64,000 bases of DNA. It comes from the human T2T-CHM13v2.0 reference genome, Homo sapiens. Every line of letters begins with the position of its first letter. Within the stretch, counting starts at the first letter, position 1. The DNA lies in assembly GCF_009914755.1 (NCBI RefSeq), contig NC_060930.1; one strand, written 5' to 3'. The notes beneath the pieces were generated by a model. It saw only the letters and a list, made by a program, of their open reading frames with translations, was not told where the DNA came from and ran no database searches. A program made the translations under genes and the position numbers. This document shows positions 1 to 10,729 of the stretch, in pieces.

Positions 1-1251
1 TCAAATTTCCTAAAAACTGGTCCTCTGAGGTTTCTGAATTTCATAACTGGGGATAAGGGTGTGGGAACCTGTATGATTCTCATTTTCTAGAGGAGAAAAT
101 GTGGTTAAATAGAGTCAAGTAACTCACACATGGGTGTGTAAATAGGAGTTGGATCCAAACTCAGGTCTCTCTGGCTGCAAGGCTCTGGTCTTTGCACCAC
201 ACCTGAATGCCTTAAAATGGCTATTTCATCCCACCATCAACCCAAACCACAGAAAATGACAGTGCCATACAGAATCTGAGCGTTACATGGCATTTCTAGA
301 AGGAGTTGTGCAGGGTTTCAACCCTGGGCACTTCCCCTCACACTCCTAAGACAAGGGACAACCTGACCCAGCACATGAGGGAGTAAGACATGAAACTCTG
401 CCAGCTTTGGCAGAGGCAAAGCAGGAAGGGGCCTGAGTAAGGAAGTAGAAAGGGAAGGTAGAAGATCAAGCTTTAAGACAGGAGGATGAATATGGACTTT
501 GAAGAAGATGTGAAAAGTGAGAGTGGGAGGAAAAGGCTATCTATGAATAAGGGGAGGCTTAGGGCTCAAGCAAGGAAGGGCCATTGTGGACTGGCTGGAA
601 GAGAGAAACTGTAATTGGAAAGGGGAATTTTTTTTTCCCTTCACAAATGAAAGACAACAGTAGAAGAGGGAAGCAATGGGAAACAACAGCTGAACCTGCC
701 CTTTCCTTCCAGCCTAACCTCCCTTCACTGTCAGCAGCACTGGGAAGGGAGCAGCACTGGGAAGGGAGTGAGCACTGGTAGAGCCCTGTTCCATGCCAGG
801 CATCTCTGTGGCACTTCACCTTGACCTCATCCAACCCTAACAACCCTCCAGGGTCTTACAGATGAGCAACAGACTCAGTGAGGGAAACGTGCCGAGGTCA
901 CAGAACCTCAAAGTGGAGAGGTGGGATTCAATCCCAGCTCTGAACTATCCCCAAGTCCATGTTCTTTTCAAGGACCAAAAATGGGTGGGTGTGGGCAAAG
1001 CAGCAAGAACTCAAGGGCTGAGTCAAGTGCCAGGAGTTGGGGTGGCGAGGGAAATGGGGAACTTGGAGAGATACAAAATTTCTATCCATCAGGAGAAATT
1101 TCTGCAGCAGCTGGGAAGTGAGAAACAGACACAAACCAGACAGTAATAAGTTAGGGACCGCTTGTTAAGATCATCTAAGTCAAGTACAACATCAGGGAGC
1201 CATATAAATTCAGATACAAATTAAAAACAGTAACGTACCATATATACTTAC

Positions 1252-1320
1252 TTCCCAAAGTTCATAGAGCTCCTTTCTGAGGTCCTCTGGTAGGAGCTGG
1301 GTTATCTGCTTCATAGCTTC
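1252..1320 (-). CDS. HDDC2: HDDC2 coding exon 4 (EAMKQITQLLPEDLRKELYELWE); gene continues beyond the left edge
   Basis: Acceptor TTTCAG|GAA; donor GAA|GTAAGT; 69 nt, phase 0-0; peptide visible within ORF 1210..1416. Confidence 0.96.
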
Positions 1321-2430
1321 CTGAAATATTAAACCATTATCTTTAATTATATTGACATTTATCAAAGTTAACAACCACTCTGCAAAAGACAAATAGGTTC
1401 GGATTCTTACAAACAACTCTCACAGGGGCAGCAGAGTAAATTGGCCTATACTGGACAATATTTATAGCTTGTGAGGAAGGCAGGCAGTTGTATACCTTAA
1501 ATAAATAAGTGTAATCATTCATATGGGCTTCGCTTAGCACCTCTTTTGTGGTCTACAACACAACAGACATAGAAAAGGACAATGAGGAGGTCATGAGACA
1601 ATTACAGAAATATCAGAGGTGTTCAAGGATTTTACATCTGTGGATAAATCACAACATACCCACATACATTTCAATCATAAGCATACGAGAGTTCAAAACA
1701 AACCTGAGTGGGGAGAATGCGAAAGGAATACTGAATTACAAAGCTCAAAGAGATTTTTTGTATATTCATTTTCTATTGTTAACATGTTTTTATTGCAAGA
1801 TGTAAAGTACAATACAAATGAGCGATTATTGCCATTAACATAAACGAAGTTACATGATAGAATTTTGTAGGCTCACAGACTCACAGGCTGAAAAGGGATA
1901 TTAAACGGCAATTAGCTAAACCATCCATGTAGTATCTGAACCCTTCAATAGCATCATGGAACAGTTCTATCCTCTTTCCAAAAATGTGTGCATTGGTAGG
2001 GAGCCTAGTACCTCAAGAGGCTGCCTTAGACAGTACTGGCAGAAATTATTTTCTTATATCAAGCTGAAAATTTTCCCTGTAGTTCTTCTACCACACCTAA
2101 CCCATCCCTCCTGCTTTCCTCTCTAACCCACAAACACAACGTCAAACAGGTGGACAGTGACCCCGCTGGGCTGGACTATCTGTGGCCACAGTGACTGGTC
2201 TAAGAGATAATCTTATAATTCAAACCAGGCATTCAGGGGCCATCTGCATTTGTCAAGCAGAGGCTAGGAGAGAAGCCATATTCCCCACCACAAGGAGAAG
2301 CGTTGAGAGTTAGCCAAAACCTAATGAAAAGCAGAGACAAAATAAGAGTAGAGGGTGTCCTGTACTTCTAGGCTTTCTGTACTTTCTGGTCTCAAAGATC
2401 CCAGGAGCTACCCTTATCCTCCAGTCTTCT

Positions 2431-2490
2431 CCTTTATTTATGAGTTACTCCAGTATCCTTCCTTTATTTCTGAATTACTCCAGTACTCTC
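2431..2490. repeat. Diverged 30-bp tandem duplication
   Basis: cctttatttatgagttactccagtatcctt followed by cctttatttctgaattactccagtactctc. Confidence 0.8.
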
Positions 2491-3784
2491 AAAAAGCTTC
2501 AAATTCCTTCACCACCTTCATTCCATACCTTTTAATCAGCCTCAGTTCTTCTAACCACAGAGGTTAGGCTCTTTGAACGGAATATGGCTATAAAAACCAT
2601 TTTTGGCAATATAAAGGTCTTACATAAAATAAAATAGTGAGTTGCAGGAAAGCAGTGAAAATAAAATTGGACGTTTGTGTGTATATTTATTTATTACTGG
2701 GAGAAAAAAAATGTTACAGAATACAACCACTTCCAGAGCAAACCACATTTGCCAATGTCAACAATCCACTCTTATAAATAACATCACCATCTTGAATGGC
2801 TTGTTCAGTTACAGAGTGGTAGCATCACACTACCCTTAGTAGGAAGGAATTTAGCTTATGTTGTACATGCATTCTCCCTTGTTTCTTTTTCATAAATTTC
2901 AGCAAGAATACTTGAGAAAATACTTTATATTTTCACAAATTAACTGTGTCTTTATAGATTCCTTTTCTCTACACTATTGCAGAAACACAAGTTTGCCAAT
3001 TACTTCCAGTTGAAAAGAATGAACTAAATCATATGTACATACAGGTATATGAACATCTCAACTGTAGAATGCAAACATGAAAGTCCTGCTCTGACAGGAG
3101 ACTATTTTATTCTCTTTAAAATGACACACCTAGAACTGAATACAGTGATATATGTATGATCTGACCAAGGTGGAAGAAAATGGAATCATCACCTTCCTCA
3201 TGCTAGATACTATATTCCTTTAAGTGCAGTGTAAGACTGAATTGGCTTTTTGGTGATCACATCCAATTACTAAGTTATTAATAGCCTTCTTTTTGTTCAA
3301 AATCACCATATTCTTTAAAAAACAAAACAGCAAATACGTTGTTGCTCTCTTCCTGAAACTGAACTATGATTTTCTGAATCTAGGCTGATTGATATTTGTT
3401 AATCACACAATCAGAATAGCATTTTTGAAACCTTGTAGAGAGTTAATATTCTTTGTTTGGCAGCACATGCCAGAATCATGCCTTTTTAATTGAACCCTCT
3501 GAAATCAACATGGCTGAGGTCCAGGGTACACAGCTGAGTATGCCAGCCTTTCCCTTCCTGGCAAGCGATGAGCCCTGACACTTCCACTTCTATACTGAGT
3601 TTCACCTTGTTGTTCAGTCATAGATTTAGAGTGACAGCTTCCCTAGCCTCTTCCTCTGTTAGCAAAATATGTCAAAAATCTGCCTAAAGTGCCGAGCTGA
3701 ATGAAGCTTTCAGCAAATATTTTGTGTCAGTTTTGTGACAAGTAACTGGAAGGTATTATTCATCATTCAGACACTGATGAGGCT

Positions 3785-4055
3785 GAAGAGTGTAGTAGTC
3801 AACTGAAGACCAGATCCAGACTGGGTTTCAAACCCGGCTCGCCATTTATTAATACTAGCTGTGGAACCCTGAGCAAGTCATTTGACCTCTTTGTCCTTCA
3901 GGTTTCTCATCTACACAGTGGGGTTAAATATTGGTACCTACCTAAAGGGATCATAGGGATTAAACAGTTAATACACATATAAAGTGCTTATTATTGGCAC
4001 ATAATAAGCACTTTATAAATCTGCCACATAATAAGCACTCTATAAATGTTTGCTG
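3785..4055 (+). mobile_element. MIR SINE with a local ~27-bp duplication in its tail
   Basis: MIR core (ctgggtttcaaacccggctcgcc...gcaagtcatttgacctct...tttctcatct); cacataataagcact.tataaat occurs twice. Confidence 0.75.
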
Positions 4056-4467
4056 TGTTTTTCATTTTCTCCTTCTTGTCATACTTACTCTATGATAAAG
4101 TTCCATTCTCTTTGTAATCTCCAAGTTCTTTAGCAACTTTAACCCTCCCAGACACAGGCATACCACGACTCCGCCCTCTGTTTCAATAAGGTTTCCCCTT
4201 TGCAAAGGAATATGACCTGCCACCACTATATTCCAGCTTCAAGTTCCACCTCACTAGATCACAGTGATCCTTATCAGACATCATTTATCAACCTGCATTA
4301 TCAACCTGCATAATATCAAGTGTATGTTAATATGTTTAGGAATGAGGCCAGACTACAAGTATTGCTTTTGGCTCCTTTCTAAATTTGTTTCTTCTATGCC
4401 CTCATTCTCCCTTTCATCTTAATACCTACTTTTCTCCAAAACAATCAGCCTTCCAGGTTTATCAAGT

Positions 4468-4760
4468 ATAGTTGGTCCTCCATATCTGTGGGTTTTGCAT
4501 TAACGGATTCAACCAACCATAGATAAAAAAAAAAATTAAAAAAAAAGATACAAATAAAAAACAATACAGTGTTATCAACTATTTACATAGCATTTGCATT
4601 ATATTAGGTATCATAAGTAATACAGAGATGACAAAGTATATGGGAGGGTATGTGCAGGTGATATACAAATACGACACCATTTTATCTTCAGCATCTGCAG
4701 ATTTGGTTATCTATGGGGGTCCTGGAACCAATACCCCATAGATACTGAGGGACCACTGTA
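4468..4760. mobile_element. TcMar-Tigger MITE (MER2/Tigger3-like)
   Basis: Terminal inverted repeats tagttggtcctccatatctgtggg ... cccatagatactgagggaccactgta; internal match to remembered consensus. Confidence 0.75.
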
Positions 4761-5943
4761 TTTTTTCTCCCTCCTACTTTAGTTTAGAGGCTCACTGATG
4801 TAGCCAGCAAGGGCAAATGAGGTTTCCTGGTTCTCATTAGGCAAATTCCACTCAGAGCCAAGAAACCCTCATTTAATTATCTTAATGCATGGTTCAGACA
4901 TCCAAATCTTGTTCATAAACACCATCTGCATAAAGAATTGTTCACCTCCCTGATTTTCTTCTCTCTTCCCAAATCCTGACCAGCAGCAGGAAGAGGCAAT
5001 AGAACATCAGTGCTCTCCAAGCCTTTGGTTTCTTGTCCAAGAACTTGTGGTTCTTTAAGATGTTTCCCCATTGCCTTCTGCTTATGACATTTATTCCCCT
5101 GTGAATCAGCAGGAGTGGGCAGCAGTCAGGAGGTTTAATGAGGCTGGAAAGGTTTTTCATCAAAGCCAGGATATAGCATCCTAGAAGGCAGCAGTATCCT
5201 CTCTGATTGCTCAGGTCCCCTCTGTGCCTGTCCATGGGGTGTCACCAGCCAGGACTCAGCTCTTGTAGGGACAGTCGTAGGTCCTCCTCACTTCCAGTTG
5301 TTGGAGATGGTTCACACTGACTGGTTCTTCTCCAGAAGGTTTTGACTTGCTCCTCTGCGGAGTGAATCTCAAATTCACTGTGTGCTTCCAGAGGGAAGTC
5401 TGTCTTTTTCCTCTAGGCCCCATTTTTCCTTGCCTTCTCTTCACCTTAAGGTCTTCAATGACTCACTGGTACTTTAGAATATGATTTCTCGTCCACAATG
5501 TCCAGATTTACCCTTGAATAAAACTATCCTACAATGAGCTGTGTAATTGAGGAATTTTTTTCCCTTCCTTTCCCTCTGTGTTATACTTCATTACTCACCA
5601 TCCTCTGGTTCAGCTGCTAATTCCTTTCTGCAACTAAGAATCTCGAACTAATTGGTTTCTTTTTATATTAATTCTGCCAGTCAACAGAACAGTTCTTTAT
5701 TCATGGCAGTGCAGATTCATATAGAGAAACATTTCCTTAGACTCCTCCCCTTTTCCTGTCTTGGTCAGCCTGTATCTTGGACCTAAACTTTGGCAGGAAG
5801 AACACATTCCTTATACTATTCCACTTGTGCCTACACTTTTGGGTAGGTTGGAACTCTTAAACTGGGACTCTCGTTCCTTGTGGCTCTTCTTACCTTTGAA
5901 GGGCAAAAATCCTGCTGGCTACTGAGCCCGTTAGTCTACAGGT

Positions 5944-6026
5944 GTACAGATCAAAATGGAGTTTCTTATGTCTTCCTTTTCTACAAAGACACAGTAACAG
6001 TCTGATGTCTCTTTCTTTTCCCCAGA
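5944..6026 (-). mobile_element. Isolated ~83-bp 5' end of a HERV-K(HML-2) LTR5A/B-type LTR
   Basis: Minus strand TCTGGGGAAAAGAAAGAGACATCAGACTGTTACTGTGTCTTTGTAGAAAAGGAAGACATAAGAAACTCCATTTTGATCTGTAC matches the start of LTR5 U3 as I recall it. Confidence 0.75.
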
Positions 6027-6514
6027 AGCTCCAGTCTCCCCAGCTCTGAGAATAGACATTTAAACACACTTGCCCTGTTAAACCATCTCAATAAAGACTC
6101 CTACTACTCAGCAATTTAGGACCAATCTCTTAGGCCTCTAATAAAAGTAGCTAGCAATAACTCTTGAATTGAAAACCAACCACTCAGCATTCAAAAAAGG
6201 CTTCCTTCATTTTCCAGCTTCTGCTTCAAACATATCTTCCTCGTTTGCCCTGGGCTTTGGGTTTAGAGTCCAAACTGATGTTAATTTAATACATTATTGA
6301 TGTTATTCATTTCTTTCTAATACAAATACTTGACTTTTCTTTACCTTCAACCCCTAAGTTAAAGGAGTAACTTAAAATTTACTAAATAATAATTACAATA
6401 ATGATTCGATTTGTGATTTATAGAACTTCTCTCCAAAAAGCTTATTTAGCATGGAGAATTCCTACAAATTCATTTAAATTCCAGCTATTTCCATTATTCT
6501 AATGAAAGTTAGTG

Positions 6515-6680
6515 TGGAGGGAGAGGGGGGTTAAAAAAACTACCTATTGGCTTACTATCAGGGTGACAGGATCTGTACTCCAAACCTCAGCATCACACAA
6601 TATTCCCATGTAACAAATCTACACATGTACCCTGTAACTAAAATAAAAGGTGAAATTAACAAAAATAAAATAAAATAAAA
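6515..6680 (+). mobile_element. L1 3'-end fragment (old L1PA/L1PB-like) with A-rich tail, followed by a short MST/THE1-type LTR end (to ~6734)
   Basis: ccaaacctcagcatcacacaatattcccatgtaacaaatctacacatgtaccc; then aaattacctagcctcgggtatttctttata...gactaacaca. Confidence 0.7.
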
Positions 6681-6744
6681 ATTACCTAGCCTCGGGTATT
6701 TCTTTATAAAAGCTACAAAAGAACAGACTAACACAACAAGCAAA

Positions 6745-7118
6745 ATCCAATCTGCTGCTTATTCCAGGAAATCCCTGCTTCTGGAAGATAAGGCTGTAAA
6801 CCCCCTAAAACTGGGTCAACACTAACAGTTTATTCTTCAAAACTCATTACGACCTTCCTTCACATGTTTACCAATCTAAATCTATTATATCCTAAACTGT
6901 GCAATCCCAGCTAGTTGCCTAACTTGTCAGATCCATCTTAATATTCTCCAGCCCAGGCCCTGAATCTCTAAAAATATCTTCCCCTGACCTTCCCCTTCCT
7001 AAGACACTACTAAGACTATCAAGGCGGTATTCTCCCTAACTGTAACAGGTCTCATAAACTTAGCTTTGCTTCAGCAAGAGGTTTTTCTGGTGGTTTTTTG
7101 CACAGTCAATAGTCAACA
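6745..7118 (+). mobile_element. Probable ERV1-class LTR fragment (MER34-like)
   Basis: LTR-like 3' end: cataaacttagctttgcttcagcaagaggtttttctggtggtt...agtcaaca. Confidence 0.5.
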
Positions 7119-7123
7119 CTGAC

Positions 7124-7226
7124 CTCTTCTCGCCTATGTTTTTCTTCTTTGGGGATGTTATCTGCTGGTGCTATGTCCCCAACGATGCATTCTGCCATAT
7201 CATGAACCAGGGCTAGGCGTACACAT
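7124..7226 (-). CDS. HDDC2: HDDC2 coding exon 3 (A + CVRLALVHDMAECIVGDIAPADNIPKEEKHRREE), contains the HD motif
   Basis: Acceptor CATTTCTTGCCTGATCAG|A; donor GAG|GTCAGT; 103 nt completing the phase-2 codon of exon 2; VHDMAE..GDI signature. Confidence 0.97.
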
Positions 7227-7512
7227 CTGATCAGGCAAGAAATGTCGAATAATTACACAGAATTATATTTACTACAAGTTCCTTCTCTATACTCTTCCAA
7301 AGTTATATAATATATATATTTTTTCTCCACCCTCACAGAGTATTTTAATGTAGTATTTTCTAAAGTAGTTATATTCTGCCAGCCTACAACAGTTCTGATC
7401 AAAACTGTTAGTTCATATTCAATAAAATACATGTGAGTATAGGGGAAATTGTTAGCATTAATTTTTTTTCTTAAATGGTTTATCTCTGAAATCTCACTTT
7501 AAAAGGCTAATA

Positions 7513-7807
<295 letters not shown>

Positions 7808-8947
7808 TTACATTTGACAACTTTCATGTTCCTGACACATGTGAATCATTCAATAAGTGGTTATGATTATTAGCGGTTAAGGAATAGTGGTTGTGATAAT
7901 TCATCATCAAAACAGGAAGTCAAGTAATGAGATAAATGCCCCATAGGGCCAGTATGTTTTAGGCTCCCCACACTACCAAGGCAGTACAAGGCCCAACAGT
8001 GTCCTCTGAGATTTCCCTGCCTCTAGTCTCTTTCTGGTCCAGTTCAAATCCCAGACTACTCCAAACTGCATCTCTATTGGACTTCATTTTCACCTTGTAC
8101 CATTTGCCAAAAACCTCCTCAGTTCCACTTCATCTGCTGAGCAACAGAGGACTCCTCAGGCTTCCCAAATGAACTCTTTGCTGCAGTCAAGTTGATTAAT
8201 TTCTCATTTGCAAAATACTCCTTTACTTTCCTACACTCAGGGCTTTGGTTTATCTGCCCTTCTCTCTGCATGCAGTGACTTCTCCTACCTCTCTGGCTAC
8301 GTTAACCCTTTTGAGCTCAACTCAGATTGCACCTCCTCCATTAAGATCAACCAAGAACAGGTGATCTCCCCTGCTCTTACAATACTTAACATTTTCGACC
8401 ATAACTTACATTTCACTTCTTACAGAAGCTATTTTGGGCCTGTGTAATTCACTTGGGATTTATTTACTCTCTTACATGCTAGTAAACTTTTGTTCTGTGC
8501 TCAAAAAGCATTTTAACACTTGTCGATTAAATGAAGGGGGAGAAGATACCTCTTTCTCAGCTATGTCTTGCACACACAACTCCAAAAGGAAGCCTCACGA
8601 ATGGATACTACTATCCATAAAAGGCACTAGGAAAGAGCACACAGTGTACTAATACAATGCTAGAATTTTAGACATAACACACTCACCTTCAAGGCCCCAA
8701 TATCACACTTAAGTTTCCCCTGATACCCTAGGCAGGCTCTATCACTTGCCAACAGAAACCCCAGATTGCAGTTTACAACAACTGAGGCAACATAACCCAC
8801 ATCCTAAATTTGTATGGTTTGCTTCAAATAATTTTTCTTGACCTATAAACTAACCTACAAGGATTTGACATGGGTCTCAGTGGTAAAAACGGGTGCACAC
8901 CCATAGACTAGAATCTCTCACGAGCATCAAAGTCCAGCTCAGCTTAC

Positions 8948-9069
8948 CGGTCTTTGTTAAGACGGTCATCTTTGATCACCATAGCCATAACTGCCATCCG
9001 GTACATGTGATCTGAAACGCTCTCCGGCCTCTGGACATTTCTGTATACCCAGCCAGTTCGTGGGACTCT
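8948..9069 (-). CDS. HDDC2: HDDC2 coding exon 2 (RVPRTGWVYRNVQRPESVSDHMYRMAVMAMVIKDDRLNKD + CG)
   Basis: Pyrimidine-rich acceptor ...CATATTTATCAG|AGA; donor CCG|GTAAGC; 122 nt, in frame with exon 1; R.GW and ESVSDH motifs typical of YfbR/HDDC2-type HD nucleotidases. Confidence 0.97.
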
Positions 9070-9847
9070 CTGATAAATATGAAGAAGAAAAAGAAGTTTT
9101 AAAGAACAAATATTAACTATCTGCTATGCTCTTCAAGAGATGTCCAGGATATAACACACAGAAGCCGGGTCATAATTTCAGAATCTATTACAAAATGTTT
9201 TGCTAAACTAGCTAAAATGATAGACATCTGGAATCAAATGAACTAGAGAGCTCAGAGAATGAAAGGGGTAGAAGACAGAGAGAGATAAGTCACAAAGTCC
9301 ATTCGTCAAATTACTGTTACTGATGTATAATTATGGAACATATGCAAGTCCTTTAAACAAAAACAAAACTGCATTTTTCCGAACAAGAGTTGCGGCTTTT
9401 TGCCTTCAAATAATCCTACACAAGCAGAAAACACTGTATTGAAGGGTCTGAACGTGAACGAGTGATAGGCTTCCAAATTCTGAGGCACAAGGGATAAGGG
9501 CACTTCTAATTGCTTGATGCTACCAGCCGTGACTCTTCCTTTTATTCACATCATAACTTCATCTTGTGAAACTGCATTTCTTCCTCAGAATTCTACATCT
9601 CTAAGGAATGTTATAAATAGTAGTCAGAGTGGCATGAAACGGATAATTTACTTTGAACTTGGGAGAGAGACGGGGAAGACGCACATGATGAAACTCGTGT
9701 GTATTACATTAAATCCCGTTTGGGGGGTGGCCGGGAGAAAAGTCTTGTTTCTGGAAGTAACTGTGAGACAGACATAAAAAGCTCCACTTAAAATCTGAGG
9801 AGCCGACAGATTCTGTTCTTCCCACCCGTGCTCAGAAGCAGCCGCGC

Positions 9848-9850
<3 letters not shown>

Positions 9851-9891
<41 letters not shown>

Positions 9892-9958
9892 TTCTGGGGT
9901 CGTGAGCACACACACGCGCACACACACACACACACACACGAGTTCTGGGGTCGTGAGC
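9851..9958. repeat. Compound (CA)n microsatellite in two tandem units, each followed by GAGTTCTGGGGTCGTGAGC
   Basis: cgagttctggggtcgtgagc at 9888-9907 and 9939-9958, each preceded by a CA run. Confidence 0.95.
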
Positions 9959-10280
9959 CCCGGAAAAGCTCAGTGCAGGCAGGGCCAGGCCGGCTGCTCT
10001 CCGGGAACTGGCGCGGCTGCAGGGCGGACCTCGCGGCGCCAGGCTCTAGGCTCAGACTCCGGGCCGCCCCAGCTGGCCAGCCTGTCCCGCCGGCTGCTTC
10101 CTCCGTCCACCGTCGGCGACGCGCGGCCGCATCCGCAGGACTGGGGCCTTTCCGGAATGCGGCGTGGCGGACGCGGCGCAGGAAGGGCAAAGACCGCCGG
10201 CCGAGCGGGGAGGCCGGAAGCTCCGCCGCCCCACAGTCCCGCCCGCTCGGCCGCGGCCTCCCGGCCTGGTGCCCGCTCAC

Positions 10281-10364
10281 CTTGAGCTGCCCTACCAGCC
10301 GCAGGAACTGCAGTAGGGACCGAGCCCCGTGGCCCGAGAAGGTCGCAGAGGAGACCGAAGCCAT
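10281..10364 (-). CDS. HDDC2: HDDC2 coding exon 1 (MASVSSATFSGHGARSLLQFLRLVGQLK, 28 codons)
   Basis: ATG at 10364 in context GGCCGCATGG; 84 nt; ends AAG|GTGAGC donor; peptide recognised as the human HDDC2 N-terminus; lies in a CpG island. Confidence 0.97.
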
Positions 10365-10404
10365 GCGGCCACCGACCCCGGCTGGGCGGAGCAGGCCGCG
10401 GCGA

Positions 10405-10703
10405 AGCTCCTCCCCGTCCTCCTCCTCCTCCCCTTCCCCTTGTCTTTCTTCCCCCTCCTCTTACTCTTCTTTCTCTTTCTCCTCCCCCTCTTCTTCTTCC
10501 TTCTGCCCCTCTTCCTGCTCCCCCTCTTCCTCTTCCCCTTCCAACTCCTCCTCCTCCTCTTCCTCCCCCACTTCCGCTTTCTCCTCTTCCTCTTCCTCTT
10601 CCTCCTGCCCCTCTTCCTCCCTCCCCCTCCTCTTCCTCCTCCTCCTGTTCTTATTCCTCCTCCCCCTCCTCCTCCTGTTCTTATTCCTCCTCCCCCTCCT
10701 CCA
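10405..10703. repeat. CT-rich (CCT/CTT)n low-complexity polypyrimidine tract containing an exact 30-bp tandem duplication (10641-10670 = 10671-10700)
   Basis: Almost exclusively C/T on the + strand; cctcctgttcttattcctcctccccctcct occurs twice in tandem. Confidence 0.95.
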
Positions 10704-10729
10704 TATTCTCACGGTTTTCTCAGGACCTT

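Larger units (their letters stand above)
9830..10420. promoter_or_regulatory. HDDC2: CpG island / HDDC2 promoter and exon 1 region
   Basis: Very high GC and CpG density against an AT-rich background; GC boxes (GGGCGG at ~10384, CCGCCC at ~10225 and ~10238); spans the start codon. Confidence 0.9.

Noticed and set aside
733-778. 17-bp tandem repeat agcagcactgggaaggg (and a 13-bp duplication near 4286-4312)
   Set aside because: Ordinary short slippage duplications with no further structure.
4942-5444. Two short minus-strand ORFs in HDDC2 intron 3, considered as a nested gene or retrocopy
   Set aside because: No recognisable protein similarity, and no poly(A)/TSD signature seen. The region remains unclassified.
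9888-9958. Repeat-spacer-like pattern suggestive of a CRISPR array
   Set aside because: Only two 20-bp copies, the 'spacer' is a CA microsatellite, the DNA is eukaryotic, and there are no cas genes.
9849-10280. Continuation of the 171-aa ORF past HDDC2 exon 1
   Set aside because: Intron 1 read-through beyond a strong AAG|GTGAG donor. The CVCVCV tail is the translated CA microsatellite.
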